Below, piece by piece: positions 10,401 through 18,720 of a DNA stretch of 64,000 nucleotides. The notes under the pieces were generated by a model that had not been told where the DNA came from, did not search any database, and was given only the letters and a program-made list of their open reading frames with translations. The stretch is from the sequence record PP885733.1. One strand, written 5' to 3'. The position numbers and the translations under genes were made by a program. Positions within the stretch are counted from its first letter, which is position 1. Each line of letters opens with the position of its first letter.

Positions 10401-11967
10401 CATAGACCTCACCAGCCTTCATTGCGCCCAAGCGAGTAGCTGGGAGTTGGAAGCCTAACTGACGAGTGTGTTTATCGTAAGTGTAGCGACCCATCAAAGA
10501 ACTGGTGTCAACGTTGGTTCCTTTCAGAACCGAAGCGATGCGAACGTCGTTTGGAATTTCACCATTCGCCATAGTCAGCGGAATGAAGAAAGCGACGTCG
10601 GTGTCCATACCCGCATAGTTGATAACGTTGAACAGTGGTTCACCTTGGCTAATTGGGCGATATGGATCAGACTCGATAGTAACTGAGGAATGGAATTCAC
10701 CCTCAATCATCTCTTTGCTGAAATCGGCAATACCAATGGTACCACGAGTGGTCAGAATACCGCTCACAGTCGATGTAGGACGGATTACCGTCAATTCCCC
10801 TGTAGTTGGGTTATAGTCGACCTGGTTACGCGTAGAGAGGTCTGCTGGCGCTGCCAGCAGCAATCCATCGATGTTCGGCAGTGGTGTCTTAGCTTCGTTA
10901 TTAAGGAAGAACTTGAACACCGCTTTCTCAACACCGTTGGTATAAGAATGCGAAACAACTTCCGTCACAACTTCCGGATTCTCCGGCAAGTCAACCTTGA
11001 CATAATCAGTCAGAGCAAAGTCAAAGCCCAGTACACGGTTAACCCCGGATACGAGCTGCACTTCGCCAGTGATCGTGTAGTCGATCTTGTTAGTTGTCGG
11101 CACAGTGCGCACCAGACGGATTTCAACGGTCTTACCGATTACAACCGGAGCAGATGCAATGGCTTTAACCAGCTTACCGTTTTCTTTCAGTGCCAGGTTA
11201 CGGATATCAAACGGACCTTCGCAGTTATCACTCAGGGTCAGAGAGATGTTGATCTCTTTACCTTTCAGAGTCACAACGGAGTCTTCTACTTTAATAGCAG
11301 GGACAACCATAGCGAAAGAATAAGGTACGTTTTCAGTACCGACCGTCAATGCGCCGTTAACCAGGTACAGTTGGTCGACAGTGTTGTCGATGTTAGCATT
11401 CCAGGAGAGGAATACTTGATTGCCTTTCACAGATACTTCAGGTGCGTTGTTACCGCGGGCTGACAGGTTGGTCATGCAAGCAACACGCTGAGCTGCGACC
11501 ATGATATCAAATCCATGATTGGACGTGATTTCATAACCGATAGTCAGACGCTTAGCATCAAGGCGTGCGCCGATAGATTTCAGGGTGTACGGACTGTCAG
11601 CCATAGCTAAACCCATAACACGGGCTTGCTGGGTAACGCCGTCAACGGTGAATTCGAAATCGAAGCTATAACCCAGGTTTGCTGTCGTAGGGACAACGAC
11701 TGGGATTTCGAAATGGTAAGTACCTGTGTTCGGGTCGTAAATGCTAACAGTCGGCATTACGCGACCAGGTCTTACATTAGTACCTGATAAGAAAGGGGTA
11801 ACAACATCTAAAGTCTTAGGAGACCCTTTACCGTTCTTATAGACAACTAATGCGTCGACAATCAGGTTTTCGCCATCAAGTACAAAAGAGCGAGGCAGAA
11901 CTGTCACCAGTTCATTACTTGCTGGAGATGATGCAACGTCAGTAGTAGTGTTCATTAAAAACTCCAA
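7483..11967 (-). CDS. Large (1494 aa) repeat-containing putative virion structural/fibre protein
   Basis: Long ORF of beta-strand-like composition with about 10 recurrences of Y[DN]xxTG (YDPNTG, YNPTTG, YNSSTG, YDQVTG, YDKNTG, YDKTTG, YNKETG, YNPNTG). Sits between two other large structural-like genes. Confidence 0.75.
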   Translation of the reverse strand: MEFLMNTTTDVASSPASNELVTVLPRSFVLDGENLIVDALVVYKNGKGSPKTLDVVTPFLSGTNVRPGRVMPTVSIYDPNTGTYHFEIPVVVPTTANLGYSFDFEFTVDGVTQQARVMGLAMADSPYTLKSIGARLDAKRLTIGYEITSNHGFDIMVAAQRVACMTNLSARGNNAPEVSVKGNQVFLSWNANIDNTVDQLYLVNGALTVGTENVPYSFAMVVPAIKVEDSVVTLKGKEINISLTLSDNCEGPFDIRNLALKENGKLVKAIASAPVVIGKTVEIRLVRTVPTTNKIDYTITGEVQLVSGVNRVLGFDFALTDYVKVDLPENPEVVTEVVSHSYTNGVEKAVFKFFLNNEAKTPLPNIDGLLLAAPADLSTRNQVDYNPTTGELTVIRPTSTVSGILTTRGTIGIADFSKEMIEGEFHSSVTIESDPYRPISQGEPLFNVINYAGMDTDVAFFIPLTMANGEIPNDVRIASVLKGTNVDTSSLMGRYTYDKHTRQLGFQLPATRLGAMKAGEVYAVSMMLEIDTPTGTVTLPVHLSHLPEQKQKAMVLELESANIFDGVITVEHKVKNIPEGQGKNLRILNDAVVGVLNPTVTYVAAEEKVVITGKADPEKKITENFYAFGGVIILKNIYTLEQANCELERINIAPRSAGTPVGSRYTNGVIELSWAMRDGMGKIPKYITVNKNSWGMTPNLGNPVGAASYNSSTGVMTQAFVAVEGNVDALVSAEVKFQFPTPDANVYHVRSSFDHKKSDDALKEIKLTQTTGSVSGILGTVFFDIEIPEGISVADLKVEGFRSNSDMATDIVTYHFTDTQLYVTVALNPAKTSEHFVADFRIDVVGPNARGYCDAVIADEIQVDKFTILDGAYHRGGFVRFYGRAPHVSVDRLGHLVKRVSEDVTNYPVTIRYNEKMDLIEIDYPVKDNEFVGRGYSVEGIVDLGDVQERYDAFVKVKAIKPKFNNFILTQGGSVVDYKAGVMKVNFSIEAFGLTGIGQPDNTGIKVVAVDGAFKHDGRIDYTYDQVTGKGSYVVDIHDRSVVRHPNVELKIVISSPNVGNDYNGTLTGYSGQDNTCEVISVRTIPNKGEIVVRAGVGYGYQTVTRPVMVSFLSGFQMAEGFDSNAVPHTVSYDKNTGILEFRVKGNARPQGDVLYSGSAVLGVADAKGKTTTIPLRIHHVIRDNNASRTLDVTREDTQTFEGKSVYKLRLAYADYLYPPAYPSITHTAADAFIEYDKTTGIATVTVPGDIRSSYASCVKGAAYVGDELVNNSITGVAKPVQTRVELVDSNGPEGINQLGWTWEKGLLTFILVARKNGDKPVTVEYLETVADVTGNITGSFIDYDRASGLISVSIPRDKPKKSPESVLGQMKFNIDGTDELVKLDTGPVFPDGMTHLVSGGYNKETGRIEASWIVYDRDGHHPEKINLDTKTPWKSTSNLNFPVPTKERYNPNTGIYYAEFAPAQRLVAPRVFTGSTVLTTGKDNIGVVFSIAF

Positions 11968-12000
11968 ATATTTGGAAGGGGTTATTGCTTTATAAGCATA

Positions 12001-12030
12001 GAATCTGGGAGCTGTTAACCCCCCAGACTC
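12001..12030 (-). terminator. Hairpin terminator
   Basis: GAATCTGGGA...CCCCAGACTC inverted repeat immediately after the stop at 12041. Confidence 0.5.
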
Positions 12031-12040
12031 TTATCTTATT

Positions 12041-14176
12041 TTAACTGTGAGAAATAGTACCTGTCCAGAAGTAGACAGAGGTTAGATCATCAAGATTGCT
12101 GAAGTAGATGCGGTAATAAGTTTCATTTTCCCAACCAACGTTAGTGGTGAAGGTTGATGTTTTCTCATCCACATCAGTTTTATTACGAATCCAGCCAGTG
12201 GTTAAACTCGCATTACCATAACTGTAGTCACGCTCAACAATTAACTTGTCTGACGTTATCCCAGATTCAGGTAACTTGATCGTCCACTCCATTTGGTTGG
12301 TTTCAGCATTGTATTTACCTGTGACACTTTCCAGCTCAACAGGGTTATACTCAAACTGAACATCGATGTCTTGTTGTACTCCATCCAAGGAGAATGTCAA
12401 CCGCGTCAACCCAGCCTTAGGTCGGTTATAGTCAACAATGTGCATATCCAAATCACAATAGACACCAACGCCCCCAGAGACATTACGGAACTCACTCATT
12501 GTGCTCCAAATGCCATCCATCATGTTGATCTTCTTCCAAACTTTCTCAGTGTCAGTCACCCCATTGGCGTTGATGTATTTAAATACACCTCTCTTATTCG
12601 AGCGCTCCATGCGCTGCCAATCGACAACCACTCCTTCAGGTCCGGTGTACCCATAACGATGCTCGAAGTAAGTCTTGGGGAACCCCGAGTAACTGTACGC
12701 AGTTACCTTACAAAGAAGTTCGATGTCAGTAACATCAACTGATTCCAAACCAGTGTACTTAAGTTCATATCCATCTGGCGTCTGTTTGATATTAAAACGT
12801 TCGCCTGGTTTGCCGTTGGTGACTATTGTTGGGTCGTAGCTTATACTACCAGTGACCGGAGTGCGAGCTTCGTCATTAAACGTAACCTTCACTTTGGCAG
12901 TAAAGACGTATTCAACATCTGTTTTGATGATTTCTTCTGGGATAGCGATAATCCCAGTAGCACCATCGGGCATAGGAAGATAGCGAGAACCTGTACTTTC
13001 TACCCAGTTAGTGGAATCACCTTCCTGACTATCAACCATGAACCAGTAATCGAAATCCCCTTCCTCATTGAACCCAGGGAATGTGCCGAATACTTTCAGG
13101 TAACTTCCACTATTACTTCTGCGAGTGAAAGGTATGTTGAGAGAATGTTCTTGACCGGCTTCGGTATACTTAATATCCATGCCGTCAGAGATTATGAGAT
13201 CTTTAGCTTGAACGCCGCCCCAGAATCCTATCTCTGCTTCCATGGTTGTCCAAACATTATGGTTCCCGCCACTATAACTACCCATGACCGGTGGGTTATG
13301 CTGGAACCCAACATCGACCGGGAAGCCCGCACCATTGATGGTAGCAGTTCCTTTGATCTCCTGCTTTCCGCCGGTGTATCTGGCTTTCTTCAGTCTGAGT
13401 TCCATTGTAGCTGACTGCTTATCTGGGGCAATAACTAACTCACCTGCATCAAAGCTAGGATGAGTCAATTTAACATCCCAGGTGATATCAGGAAGTTTCT
13501 TACCCACAGTAAAGGTGATTGTGGTTAAACCCATAACCATTGCAGAGCGACGTACTGTGAAATCATCACCGTCAGGTTGTTCTGGTTTGTACTGATCCCG
13601 GATATAGAGTAAAACATCCTGAGATCCGATCGCTCTGTCAACTACAGTCATGAACCCGCTGGTCATAACGTCATTATCATAATCCTCGACGTTGGCAATA
13701 ATCTTATCAAAACGAATTCCGCCAAGTACGTCAGGTATGACGTTGATCTGAGCTTGGGTGGGGACGATAACTCCAAAAGTATCGTTCCATTTATTATAGC
13801 AAACTTCTGCCAGACCCAAACGAGATTCCGATGCTAACTCATTACGTAAATCAGCAGGTGACTCAAACTCAACAACTTCGAGTTCGTAACAGTCCAGAAC
13901 CTGACGTAATGTGATAGGGTGGATACGGAGATCGTAACGGGCAAAACCGCGATTACGAACAATGATACAGACTTTCAATCGACCATCACTCATCAGAGCG
14001 ATCTTTTCAATCTCAATGTCTTTATAGGTCAGACCGTCATATCGCTGAACACAACGTTCGTAACTTGCCATATCTCCAGCGGCAAGGAACTCGTTCTTAA
14101 TTCGCTCTAATTCGATCTTGACACAAGGCCACGCTGGGAAGCGTATACTAGCCGTACTGTCAAATACTCGTTGCAT
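12041..14176 (-). CDS. Putative virion/tail-fibre-like protein (711 aa) with shared family N-terminal domain
   Basis: Probable start is ATG at 14176 (MQRVFD) after GGAG; the ORF track uses TTG at 14206. N-terminus (RYDGLTYKDIEIE...RNRGFARYDL) is paralogous to the giant ORF. Confidence 0.75.
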   Translation of the reverse strand: MQRVFDSTASIRFPAWPCVKIELERIKNEFLAAGDMASYERCVQRYDGLTYKDIEIEKIALMSDGRLKVCIIVRNRGFARYDLRIHPITLRQVLDCYELEVVEFESPADLRNELASESRLGLAEVCYNKWNDTFGVIVPTQAQINVIPDVLGGIRFDKIIANVEDYDNDVMTSGFMTVVDRAIGSQDVLLYIRDQYKPEQPDGDDFTVRRSAMVMGLTTITFTVGKKLPDITWDVKLTHPSFDAGELVIAPDKQSATMELRLKKARYTGGKQEIKGTATINGAGFPVDVGFQHNPPVMGSYSGGNHNVWTTMEAEIGFWGGVQAKDLIISDGMDIKYTEAGQEHSLNIPFTRRSNSGSYLKVFGTFPGFNEEGDFDYWFMVDSQEGDSTNWVESTGSRYLPMPDGATGIIAIPEEIIKTDVEYVFTAKVKVTFNDEARTPVTGSISYDPTIVTNGKPGERFNIKQTPDGYELKYTGLESVDVTDIELLCKVTAYSYSGFPKTYFEHRYGYTGPEGVVVDWQRMERSNKRGVFKYINANGVTDTEKVWKKINMMDGIWSTMSEFRNVSGGVGVYCDLDMHIVDYNRPKAGLTRLTFSLDGVQQDIDVQFEYNPVELESVTGKYNAETNQMEWTIKLPESGITSDKLIVERDYSYGNASLTTGWIRNKTDVDEKTSTFTTNVGWENETYYRIYFSNLDDLTSVYFWTGTISHS

Positions 14177-14214
14177 AACTAACTCCACGTAATGAAGGGT
14201 ACCCAAAGGGCATA

Positions 14215-14248
14215 GAATCCTCCCACGCCCCGAAGGACGCAGGAGGAC
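14215..14248 (-). terminator. Hairpin terminator of the nrdB-ferredoxin unit
   Basis: TCCTCC...CGAA...GGAGGA stem-loop directly after the stop at 14251. Confidence 0.55.
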
Positions 14249-14250
14249 TT

Positions 14251-14502
14251 TTATAACTCGACTTCTATGTCACCTTTCGCCTTAACGCAGCAGGGTAGGA
14301 TTTCTCCTTTACCCATGAATGCTAATGGATCCTTAACCCACTCGACTTCACCTGAGATGAGTTTACAACGACAAGATCCACAGTACCCTTCACGGCATTG
14401 ATATTCAACCTGAATGTTGTTCTCTTCTAACACATCAAGTAAAGAAGTATTGATCTCCTTTATCTCGATAGTTAAATCAGAGCGAGTGAGATGAATCTTC
14501 AT
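14251..14502 (-). CDS. yfaE: 2Fe-2S ferredoxin, YfaE-like
   Basis: CREGYCGSCRCKL...ILPCC 2Fe-2S motif. Start overlaps the nrdB stop, matching the enterobacterial nrdB-yfaE order. Confidence 0.9.
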   Translation of the reverse strand: MKIHLTRSDLTIEIKEINTSLLDVLEENNIQVEYQCREGYCGSCRCKLISGEVEWVKDPLAFMGKGEILPCCVKAKGDIEVEL

Positions 14503-15635
14503 TACAGCTCGAAGTCGGCGAACGCGTCGGTTTTAACTTCCGCATCGATCTGACCTACCAGGTAGGAAGAGATCTCAACTTCCTGAGGCGCTACCTGAAC
14601 GTTGTCAGAAGTCAGCCAGGTGTTGATCCACGGGATCGGGTTAGAGGTGGTCTTGAACGGCAGATCCAGACCAACCGCCTGCATACGGATGTTGGTGATG
14701 TACTCAACATACCGACACAGGATCTCTTTGTTCAAGCCGATCATTGAACCGCCTTCGAACAGATAGTCAGCCCAGTCTTTCTCCTGGTTGGCTACCGCCA
14801 CGAACATGTCGTATGCTTCCTGACGACATTCTTCAGCGATCTCTTTCATCTCTGGATCATCTTTACCAGACGCCATCAGGTTCAGCATGTGCTGAGTGCC
14901 GGTCAGGTGCAGAGCTTCGTCACGAGCGATCAGTTTGATGATCTTCGCGTTACCTTCCATCAGCTTACGTTCAGCGAATGCGAAGGAGCAGGCGAACGAA
15001 ACGTAGAAGCGGATTGCTTCCAGGGCGTTAACTGAGTGCAGGCACAGATACAGTGCTTTCTTCAGTTCACGTTCAGAGACAACAACGGTCTCGCCGTTAA
15101 TGACGTGAGTACCGTAGCCGTGCTGATGATATTTCTGAGTCAGGTCGATGAGTTTGTCATAGTAGACCGAAACAGAAGTAGCACGGGCGATGATGTGTTC
15201 GTTACCCACCACGCTATCGAAGACGATAGATGGATCGTTAACAATGTTCCTGATGATGTGAGTATAGGAACGAGAGTGGATCGTTTCAGAGAACGACCAA
15301 GTTTCGATCCAGGTTTCCATTTCAGGAATAGACGCGATTGGTAGCAGGGCTACGTTCGGACCACGACCCTGAATGGAGTCCAGCAGGATTTGGTATTTCA
15401 GGTTGCTTATGAACAGATGTTTTTCATGTTCAGGCAGGGCTGCGTAGTCGATACGGTCCTGGTTAACGTCGATCTCTTCAGGACGCCAGAAGAAGGACAG
15501 CTGCTTTTCAATCAGCTTTTCGAAGATCTCAAACTTCTGTTGGTCGTAACGAGAAACGTTAACGTTCTGACCAAGGAACATGTGTTCCAGGAGTTGGTTG
15601 TTTGATGTAGTGTTAAACGTAGTGTAACCAGACAT
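14502..15635 (-). CDS. nrdB: Ribonucleotide reductase class Ia beta subunit
   Basis: [28 protein letters not shown] (radical Tyr), [22 protein letters not shown] and C-terminal [11 protein letters not shown] motifs. Confidence 0.97.
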   Translation of the reverse strand: MSGYTTFNTTSNNQLLEHMFLGQNVNVSRYDQQKFEIFEKLIEKQLSFFWRPEEIDVNQDRIDYAALPEHEKHLFISNLKYQILLDSIQGRGPNVALLPIASIPEMETWIETWSFSETIHSRSYTHIIRNIVNDPSIVFDSVVGNEHIIARATSVSVYYDKLIDLTQKYHQHGYGTHVINGETVVVSERELKKALYLCLHSVNALEAIRFYVSFACSFAFAERKLMEGNAKIIKLIARDEALHLTGTQHMLNLMASGKDDPEMKEIAEECRQEAYDMFVAVANQEKDWADYLFEGGSMIGLNKEILCRYVEYITNIRMQAVGLDLPFKTTSNPIPWINTWLTSDNVQVAPQEVEISSYLVGQIDAEVKTDAFADFEL

Positions 15636-15855
15636 GTAACTTTCCTGTAAAATGAGATTGAGTTTCTTAGCTAAAGATTGTTACAGAAATAAACTTTTAC
15701 TCTTGGAAGGTATTATTTAGAACTTAAACATGTTTACTCCGAAAGGAGGGAGTGGGGAAGGGGATTTGTTTATATACGATTTACGTAGTAAATATCCTCT
15801 TTAGTCTTTTGACTTTTAGAGAACAGCCCCCGCTCCTTATTCGGTATCTAAATTT

Positions 15856-15879
15856 CTACAAGCCGATATTATCTTATTG
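15856..15879 (+). promoter_or_regulatory. Early-type phage promoter (ATATTATC-N4-TG)
   Basis: One of seven aligned copies upstream of plus-strand units. Resembles the TATATTAC early motif of phiKZ. Confidence 0.65.
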
Positions 15880-15920
15880 TAAGAAACTAAATAATTTTAA
15901 CTCAACCAAAGGAAGTAGTA

Positions 15921-16223
15921 ATGAAAAAGATTATCCTGATTGCTCTGTTACTGGCAATGGGCTCTGCACAAGCTGAAGTGAATACTGAACCGACCAAAAT
16001 GTGTCGTGTTGAAGTGTGTAACAAGCTGGAGCGTGTAACGCTGAGCATCAGCAAGTGGGTCTCTGACAGTATGGGCGAAACCTGCTTTGATGTCACCATG
16101 CCTAAAAGCGAAGCTATCCCAGGTAGCGTACTCAGATCTGAGTCTCGCTGGCACCAGGGTAGTTTCAATCCGACCAAGAAATCGGTCACTCGTGTTAACC
16201 GTGTTCTGGAATGTCAGGAGTAA
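15921..16223 (+). CDS. Secreted/periplasmic hypothetical protein with 4 Cys
   Basis: Signal peptide MKKIILIALLLAMGSAQA; AAGGA RBS. Confidence 0.8.
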   Translation: MKKIILIALLLAMGSAQAEVNTEPTKMCRVEVCNKLERVTLSISKWVSDSMGETCFDVTMPKSEAIPGSVLRSESRWHQGSFNPTKKSVTRVNRVLECQE

Positions 16224-16225
16224 TC

Positions 16226-16477
16226 ATGAAAACTGTATTATCAATTATCGCCATCATTGCTCTGGTTGCGTTCATGTGGACTCCAGGCGCTGGTTATCAA
16301 CCACAGGTTGAACAAGCCGGCTACACCAACGTACAGATGGGAACGTACAGCTTCCTCCACTGTCCGAAAGAAGAAGTCGGTTATGACTTCGTAGCGACTA
16401 AAGACGGGAAGCAGGTAGAAGGTGTTATCTGTCGTTCTCATTTCTTCTGGGGATCTTACCAGGTCCGTACTCTGTAA
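16226..16477 (+). CDS. Small membrane-anchored phage protein
   Basis: ATG at 16226 after AGGAG. Hydrophobic N-terminus and Cys pair (HCPKEE...VEGVICRS). Confidence 0.8.
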   Translation: MKTVLSIIAIIALVAFMWTPGAGYQPQVEQAGYTNVQMGTYSFLHCPKEEVGYDFVATKDGKQVEGVICRSHFFWGSYQVRTL

Positions 16478-16510
16478 TTCAAACTCTCACTTATTAAACA
16501 GGTAAACAAA

Positions 16511-16987
16511 ATGAAAACTATTATCGCAGCAGTTCTGGTTCTGTTCTCTTCTTTCTCTTTCGGTGCAAGCTACGACATGAAAGATCCTACCGAACTAGTA
16601 GGTGATCGTTGTGCTCCTGGTGACATTCTGTTCTACGGTATGAACATGAAGGGCACCAAAGACGTTCTGATCTGTCAGTGGGGTCAGAAGGTGTTCTATT
16701 CTTACGGCTCCACTATGGTGGGCGGTAACGAGAAAGAGATGATGATCGATCTCGATGCCTCCAAAGTTCTCTTCCGTATTAGTGACAACGATGTCGTATC
16801 CGGTGAGACCATGGTTATCCGTAATGCAACTCACGCTTACGGTATCGAGCACAAGGTCGATCTGAAAACGGGCGATGAAACCAACACCCTGGTTGTTATC
16901 CAACTGAGCGATAAGAAAGTTCTGGCTACCATTAAACTGGATCCAGACTTCATCGTAAACAACTTCCGCAATAATTTCGTACAATAA
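16511..16987 (+). CDS. Secreted/periplasmic hypothetical protein
   Basis: Signal peptide MKTIIAAVLVLFSSFSFGA; Cys pair; strongly biased codon usage. Confidence 0.8.
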   Translation: MKTIIAAVLVLFSSFSFGASYDMKDPTELVGDRCAPGDILFYGMNMKGTKDVLICQWGQKVFYSYGSTMVGGNEKEMMIDLDASKVLFRISDNDVVSGETMVIRNATHAYGIEHKVDLKTGDETNTLVVIQLSDKKVLATIKLDPDFIVNNFRNNFVQ

Positions 16988-16999
16988 GGCGAACTAACC

Positions 17000-17392
17000 A
17001 TGATGCATGTAACTGTTAACCTGTCTGCTCCGATTCACCATGAACGTAGCGGAATGTCCAAAGCGTTGCACAATCTGTATTACGGTCGTGATACGCTGTT
17101 GTCAATGATTACCCACAACGGGTATCCTCATCACGGTGGGGAACATGCACTCACCATCTCTGGTGGGCGCGTTGATGTTGTTGCCTGGTTGGAGCTGTTT
17201 GGTGAGCAATACCCAGACTGTGCTCCAGAGGTTGCGATTCTGAAACATCGCATTCGCACTCACTTCGTTCAGAATCCAACTGACCCACGTTTCCGTCTGG
17301 AACTGCGCAAGATCGAACGCCAGTTACCACATAACGGCGAGTTGGTCATGAAGCCATGGTTCTGGACTCCTGCCTGGGAAGAGGAACAATGA
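17000..17392 (+). CDS. Hypothetical protein
   Basis: 130-aa ORF tightly packed in the operon. Confidence 0.75.
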   Translation: MMHVTVNLSAPIHHERSGMSKALHNLYYGRDTLLSMITHNGYPHHGGEHALTISGGRVDVVAWLELFGEQYPDCAPEVAILKHRIRTHFVQNPTDPRFRLELRKIERQLPHNGELVMKPWFWTPAWEEEQ

Positions 17393-17679
17393 TCGAAGAC
17401 TTCAAAGAGACACTCACCTTCAAAGGCGGTATCTTTATTGGGCTGATGATGTGGATTTGTGTACTGATGTTAGTTGCTTTGCTGGGAGCGTTGTGTTACG
17501 CCCCATTTGAAGCAGCTGAGACACATCGTGAGATGGAAGCACAGCACTGCGTTAAGACTGACGAAAGCAGGGTGACTCACGGTACGATACTAATGCCGGT
17601 TGGTAAGGTAATGGTTCCGATGCCGAATACGAGCACTGAATATAAATATGATTGCGATGATGGCATTCGCTGGAGATAA
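17389..17679 (+). CDS. Membrane-anchored small Cys-pair protein (paralogue A)
   Basis: ATGA overlap with the upstream stop after GAGGA. TM segment, then C-x-x-T-x-E ... YDCDDGIRWR. Confidence 0.75.
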   Translation: MIEDFKETLTFKGGIFIGLMMWICVLMLVALLGALCYAPFEAAETHREMEAQHCVKTDESRVTHGTILMPVGKVMVPMPNTSTEYKYDCDDGIRWR

Positions 17680-17681
17680 CC

Positions 17682-17948
17682 ATGAAGACGTTACCGGTGG
17701 TGTTATTGATACTCTCGGTATCTTTGTCATCAGCTGTATCTGTGGGAATATATAAAGCATTCCCCAAGTCCTACACTATTTCTTTCAGTACGGAGCACTA
17801 TAAAGTTCATGAGAAGTACCCTGAACTGTTAGCTTATAACTGTACGATGACAAATGAGAAATTGACATCAAAGAAATGGGAAGATGGTGAATATGTGGAG
17901 CGTGAGCGCACGCTCTATATTTGTAAAGACAGAACTCTCTGGAGATAA
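17682..17948 (+). CDS. Membrane-anchored small Cys-pair protein (paralogue B)
   Basis: N-terminal hydrophobic segment, then CTMTNE ... YICKDRTLWR; GGAG RBS. Confidence 0.75.
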   Translation: MKTLPVVLLILSVSLSSAVSVGIYKAFPKSYTISFSTEHYKVHEKYPELLAYNCTMTNEKLTSKKWEDGEYVERERTLYICKDRTLWR

Positions 17949-17950
17949 CA

Positions 17951-18304
17951 ATGGAATACATTAGTAAGTTTATTGTGGTTGACAACGGTACTGAGAAAAT
18001 GGATATCGATGTCACACAAGTTGAAAGTGTCACTGGCACTTATGACAAGGCTGTTATCCGTGGTATTGGCGGGACTGTAATGTCTCTGCGTATTGGTCGT
18101 GAACGTATCATCAAACTGATCGAAGAACGCCGTAAGCAGTTGTGGGAAGTTGAACAGAAAGCGGTTAGTGTACATAGCCAGTTGTTGCTGGAGATCGTTA
18201 AGAACACCACGCCACCTGTTCCCGATCCAGAGGCAACAATCGAAGCGGCTAAGAAAAGCCATCTCAGCGAATTTCCAGAAAGCTCACCGCAGCTGTCTGC
18301 CTGA
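17951..18304 (+). CDS. Hypothetical protein, FlbD/LytTR-like N-terminal domain
   Basis: IDVTQVESV...AVIRGIGG pattern shared with neighbouring ORFs. Confidence 0.7.
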   Translation: MEYISKFIVVDNGTEKMDIDVTQVESVTGTYDKAVIRGIGGTVMSLRIGRERIIKLIEERRKQLWEVEQKAVSVHSQLLLEIVKNTTPPVPDPEATIEAAKKSHLSEFPESSPQLSA

Positions 18305-18720
18305 TGTGTAAAGCACCGACATATCCACCGGCCGGTTGTCATCGCCCGCCGGTTCCACCTCGGGTACCTCAGCCGTATAAACATCCGGTACCTAAAACCC
18401 CAATCGTAACCAAAGGAGAATCCAACATGGATTTCCAAATCGAATTTACCGATTTTGAACTTGATAGTAAGTTCTCTATCGATCCTCGTACCATTACTAA
18501 GATTGCCCAAAACGGTAATCGTGGTGTGATCTTTGTTGGCAATGAAGAAACCATCGTTGCTGAAGGTTATCATACCTGCAAAGATAAACTGCATACAGCT
18601 CTGGTCGCTATTCGTGAATACGAAGCCACCGAAGCTACCAATGCAGAAATCTGCCGTGAGCACGCTGATGGTAAGTTTGCCCGCACTCCCATTCCTCAGT
18701 CATCACGCTGGAGCTTCTGA
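18304..18720 (+). CDS. Hypothetical protein, FlbD-like domain (alternative start 18427)
   Basis: ATG at 18304 overlaps the upstream TGA. A strong AAGGAG RBS precedes ATG 18427 (MDFQIEF). Contains IDPRTITKI...VIFVGNEETIVAE. Confidence 0.7.
   Translation: MCKAPTYPPAGCHRPPVPPRVPQPYKHPVPKTPIVTKGESNMDFQIEFTDFELDSKFSIDPRTITKIAQNGNRGVIFVGNEETIVAEGYHTCKDKLHTALVAIREYEATEATNAEICREHADGKFARTPIPQSSRWSF

Noticed and set aside
358-14110. Many plus-strand ORFs up to 335 aa (for example 1809-2507, 5304-6311, 8515-9471, 9661-10458, 10690-11463)
   Set aside because: Antisense shadows of the long minus-strand genes caused by codon bias. They lack RBSs and have non-protein-like composition.
15636-15855. Long intergenic region considered as an ncRNA
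   Set aside because: Only a short CTCC-GAAA-GGAG hairpin and a purine run. No recognisable tRNA, riboswitch or extended structure.
15752-15976. 74-aa ORF spanning the promoter region
   Set aside because: Overlaps the early promoter and the true gene at 15921; AT-rich and no RBS.
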